Source: Proteromonas lacertae | Lineage: Eukaryota | Length of the DNA: 64,000 nucleotides | NCBI GenBank assembly: GCA_002245135.1 | Contig: NGBS01000294.1 | Coordinates: forward strand, 124,001-188,000 | Reading direction: 5' to 3' | Part shown: piece by piece, positions 28,416-40,069 of the stretch | Layout: each line of letters opens with the position of its first letter | Numbering within the stretch: the first letter of the stretch is position 1 | Position numbers and translations under genes: made by a program | Notes under the pieces: model-generated | Told to the model about the DNA's origin: nothing | The model's database searches: none | Seen by the model: only the letters and a program-made list of their open reading frames with translations

Positions 28416-28463
28416 ATACTAGTATCATGTGAATCATCAATAGAATTAATATCTCTTTCTTAA
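26343..28463 (+). CDS. BTB/POZ-BACK + putative Ig (He_PIG-like) + SPRY/B30.2-like protein, copy A (~687 aa; introns 26381-26408 and 27362-27390)
   Basis: Splicing both introns joins ATG 26343 and ORFs 26410-27390 and 27420-28463 in frame. BTB: FGDIEVKIG...KSILV...YYSGGELII.KENV. BACK: ELWLLNRLLEWYK. Ig-like: FSINPSLVDGMMIDQENGIINGKV. SPRY-like: ISISNNGKTI...GSIYEVIVDMNKREFWIS...LPSPLY. Confidence 0.85.
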
Positions 28464-28862
28464 ATGATTTTTTTTAAATTATTAGATATTATAAAAATGG
28501 GTATTTATTGTAAAATTTATTCATGGTATATCTACTAAAATAATCTTAAATACTAAAATATTCTATATATGCCTTTACATTTGCGCATGCTTTTATGTTG
28601 TACAAAACTTCATGCTTTCTTATATATGCATATGATTTCATCATCAACCTTTTTGCTATTCATTTTTTTCAATAGAACTATTTTATCTAGGCTTGATTCT
28701 CTTGTCAAGCTAAAATTTCTTTAACCAATCACTTTCATCAGTTAGTGATATTTTTGCATTTTATGCAATTAATCGGTAGACCAGAAGATAAATTCTCTCG
28801 CTCTTTCACCAGAACTCGTGTTGCTATTCATTCTATATAAACCTAACATCAAAACCAGAATA

Positions 28863-30414
28863 ATGGGTATAGAACAAATTTATAATTCCTTAGAAACAAG
28901 AAAAGAAATGAAAAACTATTGGATTGAGCATAGCACCAATGGCTCAATTCAAGAAATGTTCCTCGACGACAGTGCTGAGCTTTTAGATAGACTTGATAAA
29001 AATGAAGTATTGAATGTATTACCATGTTTAAATGGAAAGGATATAGTTGAAATTGGAGCAGGAATTGGAAGATTAACTCAGTTTATTGCTCCTTTATGTA
29101 AATCATTGAAAACAGTTGATTTTATTGAAAAGTTTATCCAAAAAGTATAAATACTATTGATAATATATATAATAGAATGAAGAAATTAATGGAAGATTTG
29201 CTAATGTGAGATTTGAATGTAATGATGTAACAAAAATGGTAGAAAATTCATTTAGCTATGACTTTGTATTTACTAATTGGTTATTAATGTATCTCAATGA
29301 TATGGAATGTAAAGAATTCGCTGAGAAATCATTGAATTGGTTAAAAATAGGTGGATTTATATTCATTCGAGAATCTTGCTGTCATCAATCAGGAAACAAG
29401 CAAAGAAGTTTCAATCCTTCATTTTATCGTGATAATGATTATTATTTCAACTTATTCAATGGAACAAGTGATGATAAATACACTTATCAATTGATAAAAC
29501 ATGGAAATATGAAATGTTATGAAGAATTAAAAAGAAACAAGAATCAATCATTTTGGTTATTTCAAAAGGTCGAAATTAAGAACAAACCTCATGATTTAGA
29601 TTTGCAGTCCTTCTTAGATAGTCAGCAGTATGCTGTGGATGGTATTTTAAAGTATGAAAGAATCTTTGGTCATGGATTTGTAAGTACAGGTGGAATAACA
29701 ACAACAAGAGAATTCTTGTGTAGATTGAATTTATTACCTAATCAGATAGTGTTAGATGTAGATTGTGGTATTGGTGGAGGAGATTTTTTAATGGCTAAAG
29801 AGTATGGAGTGAGTGTTTATGGAATTGATTTATCTACTAATATGATTAATTTAGCATTACAAAGAGCTAAAGAATATGATTCAGTATATATATATATATA
29901 TTTATTGTTATTATTGTTATAGTTGAATGTGATATTTAGTGTTGCAAATGTGTTAGAGGCAGAATATAAAGAAAATAGTTTTGATGTGATATACAGTCGA
30001 GATGCAATATTACACATTGAAAATAAGAAAGAATTATTTGAAAGGTTTTATAAATGGTTAAAACCAGATGGTGAAGTATTTATTACTGACTATTGTTGTG
30101 GAGAAGGAAAACACTCTGATGAGTTTAATGAATATGTAAAGCAACGAAATTACCACTTATTAACACCAAATGAGTATGGAGAAGTATTAGAATCAGTTGG
30201 TTTTAGTGTAATATCTGCTATTGATAATATTCAACAATTTGTTGATGTATTAGAAAGTGAAAAAGAGAGATTTTGTATAGAAAAAGAATCATTTGTAAAA
30301 GATTATGGTGAAGATGCATATAATCATATTATTGATGGTTGGAAGAATAAATTGGTTCGATGTGCAGCTGGTGATCAGAAATGGGGATTGTTTCACTTCA
30401 GAAAACCTAATTGA
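28863..30414 (+). CDS. PEAMT: Two-domain (plant-type) phosphoethanolamine N-methyltransferase (introns 29145-29175, 29884-29922)
   Basis: Motifs YWIEHS...MFLD, VEIGAGIGR, FTNWLLMYL, FIRESCCHQSG..RSFNPSFYR, FLDSQQY..DGILKYERIFGHGFVSTGG, YSRDAILHI, WLKPDG.VFITDYC and GDQKWGLF match plant PEAMT/NMT. Both introns restore the frame. Confidence 0.95.
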
Positions 30415-30822
30415 GTTAATCAACTCATTTAATCACAATGGATGAATTATATTGTGTGTATTTCTTTTAATAAAATAACATAAATAGTTTGTTAATTTAA
30501 ATAAATTCGTTTCAATTAAGCTTTTACATTAAATTATATATTGTCTATTCTATGTGACTTACTAATATTCTTAATGTAAACACAAAGTCTAAACAACAAA
30601 ATAAAGTAAACTAACACTTTAATTAATTCATTTATCTTATATTAATTTATTGTATGTAATTATCTAATTTTATATATCATTTTGTTTATACATCTCATCT
30701 TATTGATTAATCTAAGCAAGTTATTATTTCCTGAAGTGATAATTGGTTTGAATGTTGGTTTATTAGTAACATTCATTTTATTCATCCTTTTGTTTTGATA
30801 AAAAAACTTCATTGAGAAATGA

Positions 30823-31353
30823 TTATATGATTTTGTAGTAAAGCGATGATTTATCTTGTTTAATGATAAGATATTCTTGATAAGGTTGATTTTTTGATTT
30901 TAGTGATATTTTCTTCTGATTTTCTTTCTTTTGTATTAAAAAGTCTACATAATCCACTAGAAGTATGATATTATCTTTATGCTGTTCTACAAACTCATTA
31001 TCTATAGCTATTATATCAGGAAAAGTATTGAGTGGATAATGTTCATTATCATATTCATAACCATAAAAGATAAAGTTAATAGAACTGCTTATATACTTCC
31101 GTTCATGAGGGTATTTTAAGATTGCACCTAAAAAAATATAATCATTCTCTTCACCTTGATCATAATCAAGAATATAAACAGCAGGTTTTTCTAAATTATC
31201 TTTATCTTTTATCATAGCTATATTATAATGATGTGCTGTATAGTATTTTATGTCTTCTGCTTTCTCAACCCAATCATCTATATCATTGTTACCTTCTTCT
31301 TGTAGTTTATAAAAAGATTCACATATCTCAATTTGTTTGGCTGAGAGAGTCAT
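30823..31353 (-). CDS. Intronless hypothetical 176-aa protein
   Basis: Open 176-codon frame with an ATG start and globular-looking composition in AT-rich DNA; no family recognised. Confidence 0.5.
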   Translation of the reverse strand: MTLSAKQIEICESFYKLQEEGNNDIDDWVEKAEDIKYYTAHHYNIAMIKDKDNLEKPAVYILDYDQGEENDYIFLGAILKYPHERKYISSSINFIFYGYEYDNEHYPLNTFPDIIAIDNEFVEQHKDNIILLVDYVDFLIQKKENQKKISLKSKNQPYQEYLIIKQDKSSLYYKII

Positions 31354-31505
31354 ATTAAATTTTTAGAAACTTTATAATAAAAAATGAACTATAACATATT
31401 ACATACAGAATAATACACAAACATATTTTACAATGCAGACATATATATGAATAATATAGGATTTTTATTGAAATATAAACAGCAACACATTTAGAGAATG
31501 TAAAT

Positions 31506-32665
31506 CAGGGTTGTATAAATAGGTAACCTATAGGTTATAGGTAAAACCTATAATCTAGCTTTGACTTTCAGTCAGTCAAACCTCGAGCATTATTTTGTTA
31601 AAATCTATTTTAATTACATACTGAGTAACATTTGTTTAATACAAACTATCATACTATATAAAATATTATTCCTGCTTCTTGTTTTACTTTAGTTACTATA
31701 GTTAGAATAAGATTGGTTGAAATTGTATAAATATCTATACTAATATATTAAAATTCATCTACAAACTACTCAATAGTGATATTTAACATATTTATAAACA
31801 ACTTGTTATTTTGATGATTAATTTATATTGATTACTATCTCTAAAAAACAAATATTAATGTAATTATAATAATAAATCTCTATTTCTGGATATTAATGAT
31901 TTGTCTTCAATAAGTCTCTTACTTTCTCAGTTTCTGAAAATAAATAAGCATTATAAAACTCTCTTAGAGGTATATTATATCCTAGTTTGAAGCAAAACCT
32001 TCTAAATTCTGGTGAGTCTAATATTGTGGTACTGACTGCATTGAAGGTTATTAATTTACATAGATCTTTGTTGACAGAATCTGAATTGACTTTGGCTTTT
32101 ACCATATGTAATAATCTGAATATTTTATTTTAATCACATTTTCCAAAACATTTTGAAGTAGTTAAAATGTTACTTCTCTAACATACAGCAATTGAATAAA
32201 TACACAACTCTATTGATGCGATAGGGGGTAATGTGATATCCCTATAGTTTCATATACTATAAAGTATTATAAATATTGAGTAATTATACATCTAAATGAT
32301 ATAAATCTTAAAAAATAAAGATTTACTTAGTCAAACCATCAAGCTTGATGTTTTTTTCTTTTCTTTTTTTTATTCTATAATTAATTTAATATTATGTTAA
32401 TAATATGTTATTGTGAGTCATCATTGAGAAATAGATCAAAATAATAGTAATATAAAAAGTGCATCGACTGAAGGTCAAATTTGATATTTGAAAGATGATG
32501 TATAAAACATTAATTTTGTATCTATGGTTAGATTATATGCTTCTTAACTCATGTTCAATAGGAGGTCAACTAATAGTTAGTATAAGGAAGGTAAAGGTCA
32601 AGCTAAAGATATAGGTTTTGACCTATAGGTAAACCTATATTTTTTGACCGAAAAATACAACACTG
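31506..32665 (-). mobile_element. Non-autonomous / internally deleted hAT-superfamily DNA transposon (1160 bp)
   Basis: 11-bp TIRs CAGGGTTGTAT (31506-31516) and ATACAACACTG (32655-32665; 1 mismatch). Perfect 8-bp TSD ATGTAAAT at 31498-31505 and 32666-32673. Subterminal ACCTATAGGT palindromes at both ends. Internal transposase-like fragment. Confidence 0.9.
31893..32105 (-). pseudogene. hAT transposase remnant (Hermes-like DNA-binding region)
   Basis: LCKLITFNAVSTTILDSPEFRRFCFKLGYNIPLR resembles the hAT consensus L..I......F..VE...F..F...L.Y.LPSR. It lies inside the TIR/TSD-bounded element and its flanks are full of stops. Confidence 0.7.
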
Positions 32666-32693
32666 ATGTAAATGTTGTAAAAATTCATATTAT

Positions 32694-34823
32694 CTAACTT
32701 TTTTGATGAGAAACTGATAATAATTCAATGCAAATATATCCTCCTAATTCAGCATATGCATATAATGGAGAAGGTAAATCTTTAACAAGTAAAAAAGGAG
32801 ATGAATCATTATGACTTATCCAAAATTCTCTTTTATTCATATCAACAATCACTTCATAAATTGAACCATCTCCATGAGTATTGAAATTTGGATTTTTATT
32901 AACAACTCTTCCAATATGACAATAATAAGCAATATCTTGACTTTCACCACCATAAGCACGATAATTACATGTTGTTGATTGTTCATAAATATTATTACCA
33001 GAATATGTATTATCAGTTGATAATCCTATACTTAAACTATCATAATAACTACCATTTTGATGAAATTTATATTTGATATGATAAACTCCATTTTCCATTT
33101 TCAAATTCAAATAACAATGATTATAAAAACCATTTATATTTGTTATTGTTTTTCCATTATTTGAGATTGATATTCCATCACTTTTGTTTAATTCTGTAAA
33201 TTTTACATCAATAAATTCTAATGATATTTTAAAATTCTTTTCATTTACAATATTCTTACATATTATTTCATATTCTTCCTTTTCGATTTCTTTTTCTACT
33301 TTTCCATTAATTATTCCATTTTCTTGATCTATCATCATTCCATCAACTAATGAAGGATTGATTGAAAATTCACATCGATTTCCATCAAATGAAGGAATTA
33401 TTGATATTTCTTCATCTAATATAAAGAAATATTCTGATTGAAGATATGAAAATGATGTGATTTCTTTTGTTTTTAATTCTTTCAATAATTCTTTATCTTT
33501 CATTATTTTTATCATTTCTTCTTCTTCTTCGAAACTCAGTTTATTCTCTTTTATATACTCCATTAATAATTCTTTGGATTTGGAGTTTAAATAATTATCT
33601 TCATTCAATATTCTATAAAGAATCTCTTTTCCACATACTTCCTCCATTATTGAAATATTCTTTTTATCATCAATGAATAAACATAAACATTTCATTGTTC
33701 GATTTCTTTTATTCTCATTATATTCTATACATAATCTATCAAACATAGTTCTCTTTTCTATATTTGAGATATATTCTATTTAAATATATTTTTAGTATTT
33801 ATACTTTCCATTTTCATATTCTTATATTTCATTATCATCAATACTATTTCGGTCATTTTTATATTATTCATTTCTAATATACACATTATTTCATCATTCA
33901 ATTCTTCTTCTTTCATTTTATCCAATATTCTTCTTTCTTCTTCATTAAAGTCTTCTTCATCATCTTTATCTTCATTGTAATTGTTGATTATTACATTTTG
34001 AATTCTCTCATCTTTTATTAAATATATTTCTATATGATTTTTACATTCATTCTCTTTTAATTCTATTTTCATTTCTTTCAACATTTCTTTATTCTCTTTT
34101 TCTATCTCATTCTCTTTTATCTTTTCACAATCGATATCTTCTTCTATCAATTGCTTGAAATCATCTTTAATCTCTTTATTATCATATTTCTCATTCTTTT
34201 GGAATTTATACCATTCCAATAAACGATTTAATAACCATAACTCATTCACTATTATCACATCTCTCATGTTTAATATCTCAATCAAATTATTCATTTCTAA
34301 TCTCAACAAATATTCATTCTTATATAAATATTTATATCCTCGCTTTTCTATTTCCATATTTTTCAAGTCTTCTATCTCTCTTAAACATCCACCAAATACA
34401 TTACACATATGAATTAATTTCATTAACACTTCATCATCTATATTATTCTTCACAAATTCATAACAATCATTTATTATCTCTTTTTCACAATAACATAAAC
34501 AAAACATCAACACTTCACACACATTCTCTTTACAGATTATCAGTTCACCACCACTGTAGTATTTCTCCATCTCATAATAGCCAATTTCTTCGATTTCTTC
34601 ATATAACTCTAAAACTCCAACAAACTCACGATCTAACAACAGTTTCTTTACTGTTTCATTTCCATTCACTAAAATTGATTTAATTGACATTATTCGATTA
34701 TCTCCAATCTTCACTTCTATATCACCAAAACCACTTTCGACCAATTTTCGACATAATCTATTATAAAATTAAATATAAAAAATACCCCTCTTCTCTTATG
34801 CGTTTATTCACTTTTATTATCAT
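32694..34823 (-). CDS. BTB/POZ-BACK + Ig-like + SPRY-like protein, copy B (inverted paralog of 26343-28463)
   Basis: ORFs 33776-34744 and 32694-33746 are nearly identical to copy A, with the same two introns. The final ~15 residues differ (AELGGYICIELLSVSHQKS vs AILVSCESSIELISLS). Confidence 0.85.
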
Positions 34824-34962
34824 CTTTATGTAAATATAAAACAAAAATAACGAAATTCGATTTTTATCAAAATTTTGAATAACCCAAAACTTAAAATGTG
34901 ATATAATTCAATTGCAGAAGGTGTGATAAAGGCAATAATACTCAATTGTGATTTATTAATGC
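32745..34962 (-). repeat. Right arm of ~2.2 kb inverted repeat (partner 26204-28415)
   Basis: Reverse complement of the left arm, with identical translations across most of the length. Confidence 0.95.
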
Positions 34963-35462
34963 TTTTTATGGGTAATAGTCATTTAGTTGTAAAAGTACTA
35001 GTACAAGTAATATTCAAAAATAAATATTAAGAGAATTATAAGAAAAAACAAAAAGAATAAAAAGAATCATTAGTATAACTTCGCACAGAGTAGGATGGGT
35101 TGCTTTATTGTAGATATGAATGATTCTGATTATCTTTTCTTACCTTTTATTATATATCACTCTCTCTTTTATTAATCATGTGTAAATGATGTATTATGAT
35201 GAATAATAATAAATGTTAGCGAAATATGATGATAAATTTATTTTTATAGAAGGAATAAGGGAGAAATAACAGATTTTAAATCCATTTCCAACTAAACTAT
35301 TCTGATGGTGTTAGAAAGATGTAGAAAATAATTTAAATTTAGAAATGATGTGATATATACGCTATTCTGATACATTGTTGAAATTGTTAGTATGACGAAG
35401 ATGAAATGAGTGTAGAGATATAAAGATATAAAGATGTTATGAATAAAATATGAAATATTTAT

Positions 35463-38400
35463 TTAAGATTTTACTTTTATTCTAGTAATGCTTTTGTTTA
35501 ATATAAAACTATTATTATCATCTTCTTCAATTTTTAACTCTTCATATTCATCCATATTATTTTTTTCCAACCACATATTAATTATTTTATATTTCCAATA
35601 ATATAAATACTTTTTCTTAACAAATCTTTCTCTAAATTCTTCAGCTTCTTTTGTCTTTATTATAATTAGTTTCTTTGAGATTATCCTATTGCTTAATTTT
35701 TCAATAAATTTCAATATTTGATTCTTATTGTAGAACTTTATTGCTTTTAATTCATTACGTTTTTGTCTTTTACTTTCTTCTAATTCTTTAAACCATTTGA
35801 TAAACACATTATACTTCAATCTAACATTGGAGTTTCTTAAACATAACCAATGATCAAACGTGTTTGATAATATCTTCTTTCTTCTGTTTAACAACACAAT
35901 TCTATTTTCTAAATATTTCATTTTCATCTTTTTTTCTGTATATTTATACCATAAATTGAAATATTTACTCATTTGTAATTGATGATTGTTATTATAATAG
36001 TTTAAACATTCTATTTCTTTATTCTTTAAATATGTCTTTCTATTATGATACTTTAACCATTGTGAATATCCAATTCTCAATATTCTTTTTTGATTATATA
36101 ATTGAATCTTTCTGTTTATCTCTTTTTGATTATATAATACCTTTATTACTCTCCTCTTTTGTTTGTTGTTATAATAATTATCTATTTTTATATTTCTTTT
36201 TCTTTTCATATTTCTGTTTTTCATATAATTGATCCATTTGGAAAAGTATTTATATTTTATATTGTTGTTATAGTGAAGATTCACTTTCTTGACTTTTATT
36301 TTTTCTTTTATATTGTGATTAGTTGTATATTTCCATCTATTAAATAGTATTAATTTCCTAAAATGTCTTATTTTTCTATTCCCAATTGAATATTTATATA
36401 ATTCCATCAAATAATACTTCATTTTTCTCTCATTATAATACTCTTCACTCCTTTTCAACAATTGTTTTATCTCATTTCTATTTTCAATATTCTTTTCTTT
36501 ATATTCATTCCATCTATCTAAATACATTCTTATTCTTCTATTAATATAATATTTTCCCGATTCTTCAATCTTCTCTTTATTCAACTTTTTCACATCCAAA
36601 TTATCTCTTAAATTATTTATTGCTTTTAGTAATGATTTGTGCTTATGAAAATCTTCTGCTTTTTTTATCATTTCTCCTTTGTTTCTTTTATATTTTACAT
36701 ATTTATACCATTCAATAAACACATTTTTCATTTCATTCTCTTTTTCTATTAGCTTTCTTTCTTCTTTTATTTGTATTATATATACTTTATATTTTCTCCA
36801 ATTATCTAAGATTTTCTTCATTAATTTTCTATTATAATATTCATTACATATTTCTATCATTTTATTTTCTTGTTTTTTATTCTCTATATTATGTTTCCAT
36901 CTTCGAATAAAGTTCAATTTCATTATTTCATTTCTGTTCTTTACTATTGTATTTATATATGTATTCCATCTACAAAATATCATTTTTAATAACTTCAAGT
37001 TAAAGAATATTGTTGCTTGATTGTTAACTTGTCTTCTATACTTCTTTAACTCTTTATATTCATATAATATCTTTAAATATTTATTCATTTTATACAACTC
37101 TAAATTCCTACATTTTATTCCATTTAAGTCTGTTTTGATGTATATCTTATTTTCTTTATATTTATATAATTTTTGAATTCCTTTTAATAGTAACTTCTTT
37201 CTATAATATCTATCACACTTCTTATACTTTTCAGCTTTTTTGTAACGGTAAAATATATAATTAATCCACTTATGATAATAATGAGGAAGGATATTATCAT
37301 TGTGAAACTTTATTGCTTTATAATAATTAATCTTTTGGTATTTCAAATACTTTACCATATTCTTATACCTTTTGAAATATGTTTTTAAAATAGAGTGGTT
37401 ATTAAATATAACGGCTATCTTTTTATTTTCTTTTTCAATAATTTTATCATTTACATTCAATTTAAACTTCATAAAATACTTTGATAATAGTCGATATTTA
37501 TTGTAATTAATAGCTTTCTTATTGCACAATAATAAATGTTTATTAATAATGGAGTTGAACTTCCAGTAGTTGAAGTATTTATTTAATATATTTTGATAGT
37601 AAAATTGTAATGATTTTTGTATTTGTTTTCTCTCCTTCTTTATCATTTTCATATTAACATACCATTGATGCATATAATACCTTTTTTGTATAAATTTTAA
37701 TATATATATTATTATTCGCCTTCTTTTATTCTTCTGATATCTTTCTTTCCATGATAAAAACGATCTTTTCTTTAGGCTTTTACTATAGAATCTAATTATT
37801 TTAAACTCATTGTTTTCTTTGATTCTTTTATTCTTTACATAATTCTTCCATTTTGTAAAGATGTTCTTTAGTTTAAACTTCTGTATATGCAACTTATATT
37901 CTATCATTTGTCTTTGTTTCAACGACTCTATTTTTGAAACTCTCTTCCATTCTTTGAAGATTTTTTTCAATAGTTTTTTCTTTTTTTCTTTTATTATTCT
38001 TTTTAATCTTTTGTTTTCATTTGTTTGTATTTTACTAATTCTATTCCAATAGTTGAATATTTGATCTTTTACTTTCTTATCATTGTTTTTCTTGAACTTT
38101 TGGTAATATCTATTTAATTTCAACATTTTGTCTTTTTTCAATTTCCAATACCTTAAACATGATCTTATTCTCTTTTCATAGTAATATCTATCTAATCTTC
38201 TATCAAAAACATAATCTTTCCACTGATTGAAGAAATTTTTCAATTTAATTTCAACATATTTATTTGTAACGAATTTATTTTCACCAAATACATCTGACCA
38301 ATGTTTGTAATACTTTTTAATTACTAAATTCCTTTTCTTGTAGTATAATTTCATATATATTTCATTGATTTTCATTCTTTTTAAATAATACATTTTCCAC

Positions 38401-39952
38401 TTCATAAATATACTTTTCATTTTGATTGTATTTTTTTTGTTTATATATTTATTCACTTTATTCATATTCTTTACCTTAATTAACTGTTTATTGTGATATA
38501 TTTTCCACTGTAAAAAGTAATATTGTAATGTTATCATTCTTCTAAATCTCGCTGCTTTTTCAATATTGTTTTTCTTTGTTATTTTTTTGTTTTTATACAT
38601 TTTCCAATTCTTAAATATCAGTTTTAATATATTTCTTCTATTTTTATTCTTTATTTGATTATAAATGTTCCTTTTTCTTATCAGATTATCACTCCATTCT
38701 TTCCATTTATTCAAATACCTCTTCTTCTTATATATTCCTATTATATTGTTGATTTTATCATTAATTTCATTCTTGATTATTCTATTATCAGTATATTTTA
38801 TCCAGTGTAAAAATATCTTTCTACATAGTGAACGGTTATAATGTAAAATTGATTCTCTCAACTTCAAACTGTGAAGAGCTTGAAAGGAATATAATGAAGT
38901 GTTTTTAAAAAAGCTTGGATTCTGATTTGAGATATTATCTTCTGATATAAACTGAGATGAACCGTTTAATGGATTGAATATATTGCTATTACACATTATA
39001 GATGATGGTGTATGATGTAATGATGTATAAAATGAAGAAGTTGAAGTTGATGATTCTAATGATTCTGATTTATTTATTTTATAACTAGTATTCTTTTGTT
39101 CATTTAAAATATCTTGTAAAGGTTTGATTTTAATATTTACTTTGGGAGATTTTATTGTTAATCTCATATTATCATTTTCTATTTTAGTAGTAGTTGTGGC
39201 AGTTTTAGTCATTGGTTTGGATGGTTGTATTGAATCACTCGTATCACTTGAAATATGAGAAGGGCTTGTCACAGTTTGAGAATTATATGAAAAACTATTT
39301 GTTAGAGTTGTAGTTGATTTTTCTAATGTACTTCTTGAAGGAGATGTTGGAATAGAATTCTCTTTATCATTTCCTTTTATTGATATTGATATGGAATTTT
39401 TTTGTTTGTTTTTTTCTATTTCATTCTGTATAACATATGGTGGATGTATGTATCTTACTTTATCTGTAAAAGAAACCTTCTTTGTTGAGTTGGTTTTTGG
39501 TGATTTCATTGGTTTTGTTATTTTAGTTGACTTTGTTGATTTATTTGATTTTGTTAATTCTGTTGTGTTTGACATTATAAATGATGAAGATGTATCTGAA
39601 GAGGATGATGATTGATAGTTGAATAACTCTTTAGATCTGGTTAAAAGATCTTTGTTTATTAAATTAGTTTTCACTCCTAATAAATAAGATTTTGCTTGTA
39701 ATTTTCTTCTATAATCTTGCGTTCTTGAACCAGTACTACTGTTACAACTATCAGTACTACTAAAGAATAGTGATTATTTATATACTCTGATTCTGAACTT
39801 TGAATAAATGATTTTTTCTTTTCTACAGATACATTTGGTTTGAATGGAGACACATGTTGATTATTAGCAGCTTTTCTCCAATTTCTAAGAGCATTCTTCA
39901 TATTCTCTTTATCAGATTCTATTGATTTTCTTCCTGCACCACGTTGAGACAT
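35463..39952 (-). CDS. SFI1: Sfi1-like centrin-binding repeat protein (~1490 aa)
   Basis: After an S/T-rich N-terminus come dozens of periodic A-x7-L-x3-F-x2-W(K/R) helical repeats (e.g. KAARFRRMITLQYYFLQWK, ILKLIFKNWK, LKKIFKEWK). ATG 39952 joins ORF 35463-39674 via a 26- or 29-nt intron near 39760-39785. Confidence 0.75.
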
Positions 39953-40069
39953 TATTTGCCTATTAAACTGTGCAACTGCCAATATAGAGATTTTGAAATT
40001 TGAATTTATGAAACTGGTTTGTGAAAATAAGTTTCGATAACCACATATTAAATTTTGTGAAATAAGTCT

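Noticed and set aside
26204..34962. Giant TIR transposon (Maverick/Mutator-like) interpretation of the inverted repeat
   Set aside because: The arms are ordinary intron-containing genes. No TSD was seen at the outer ends, and there is no integrase, polymerase or capsid inside.
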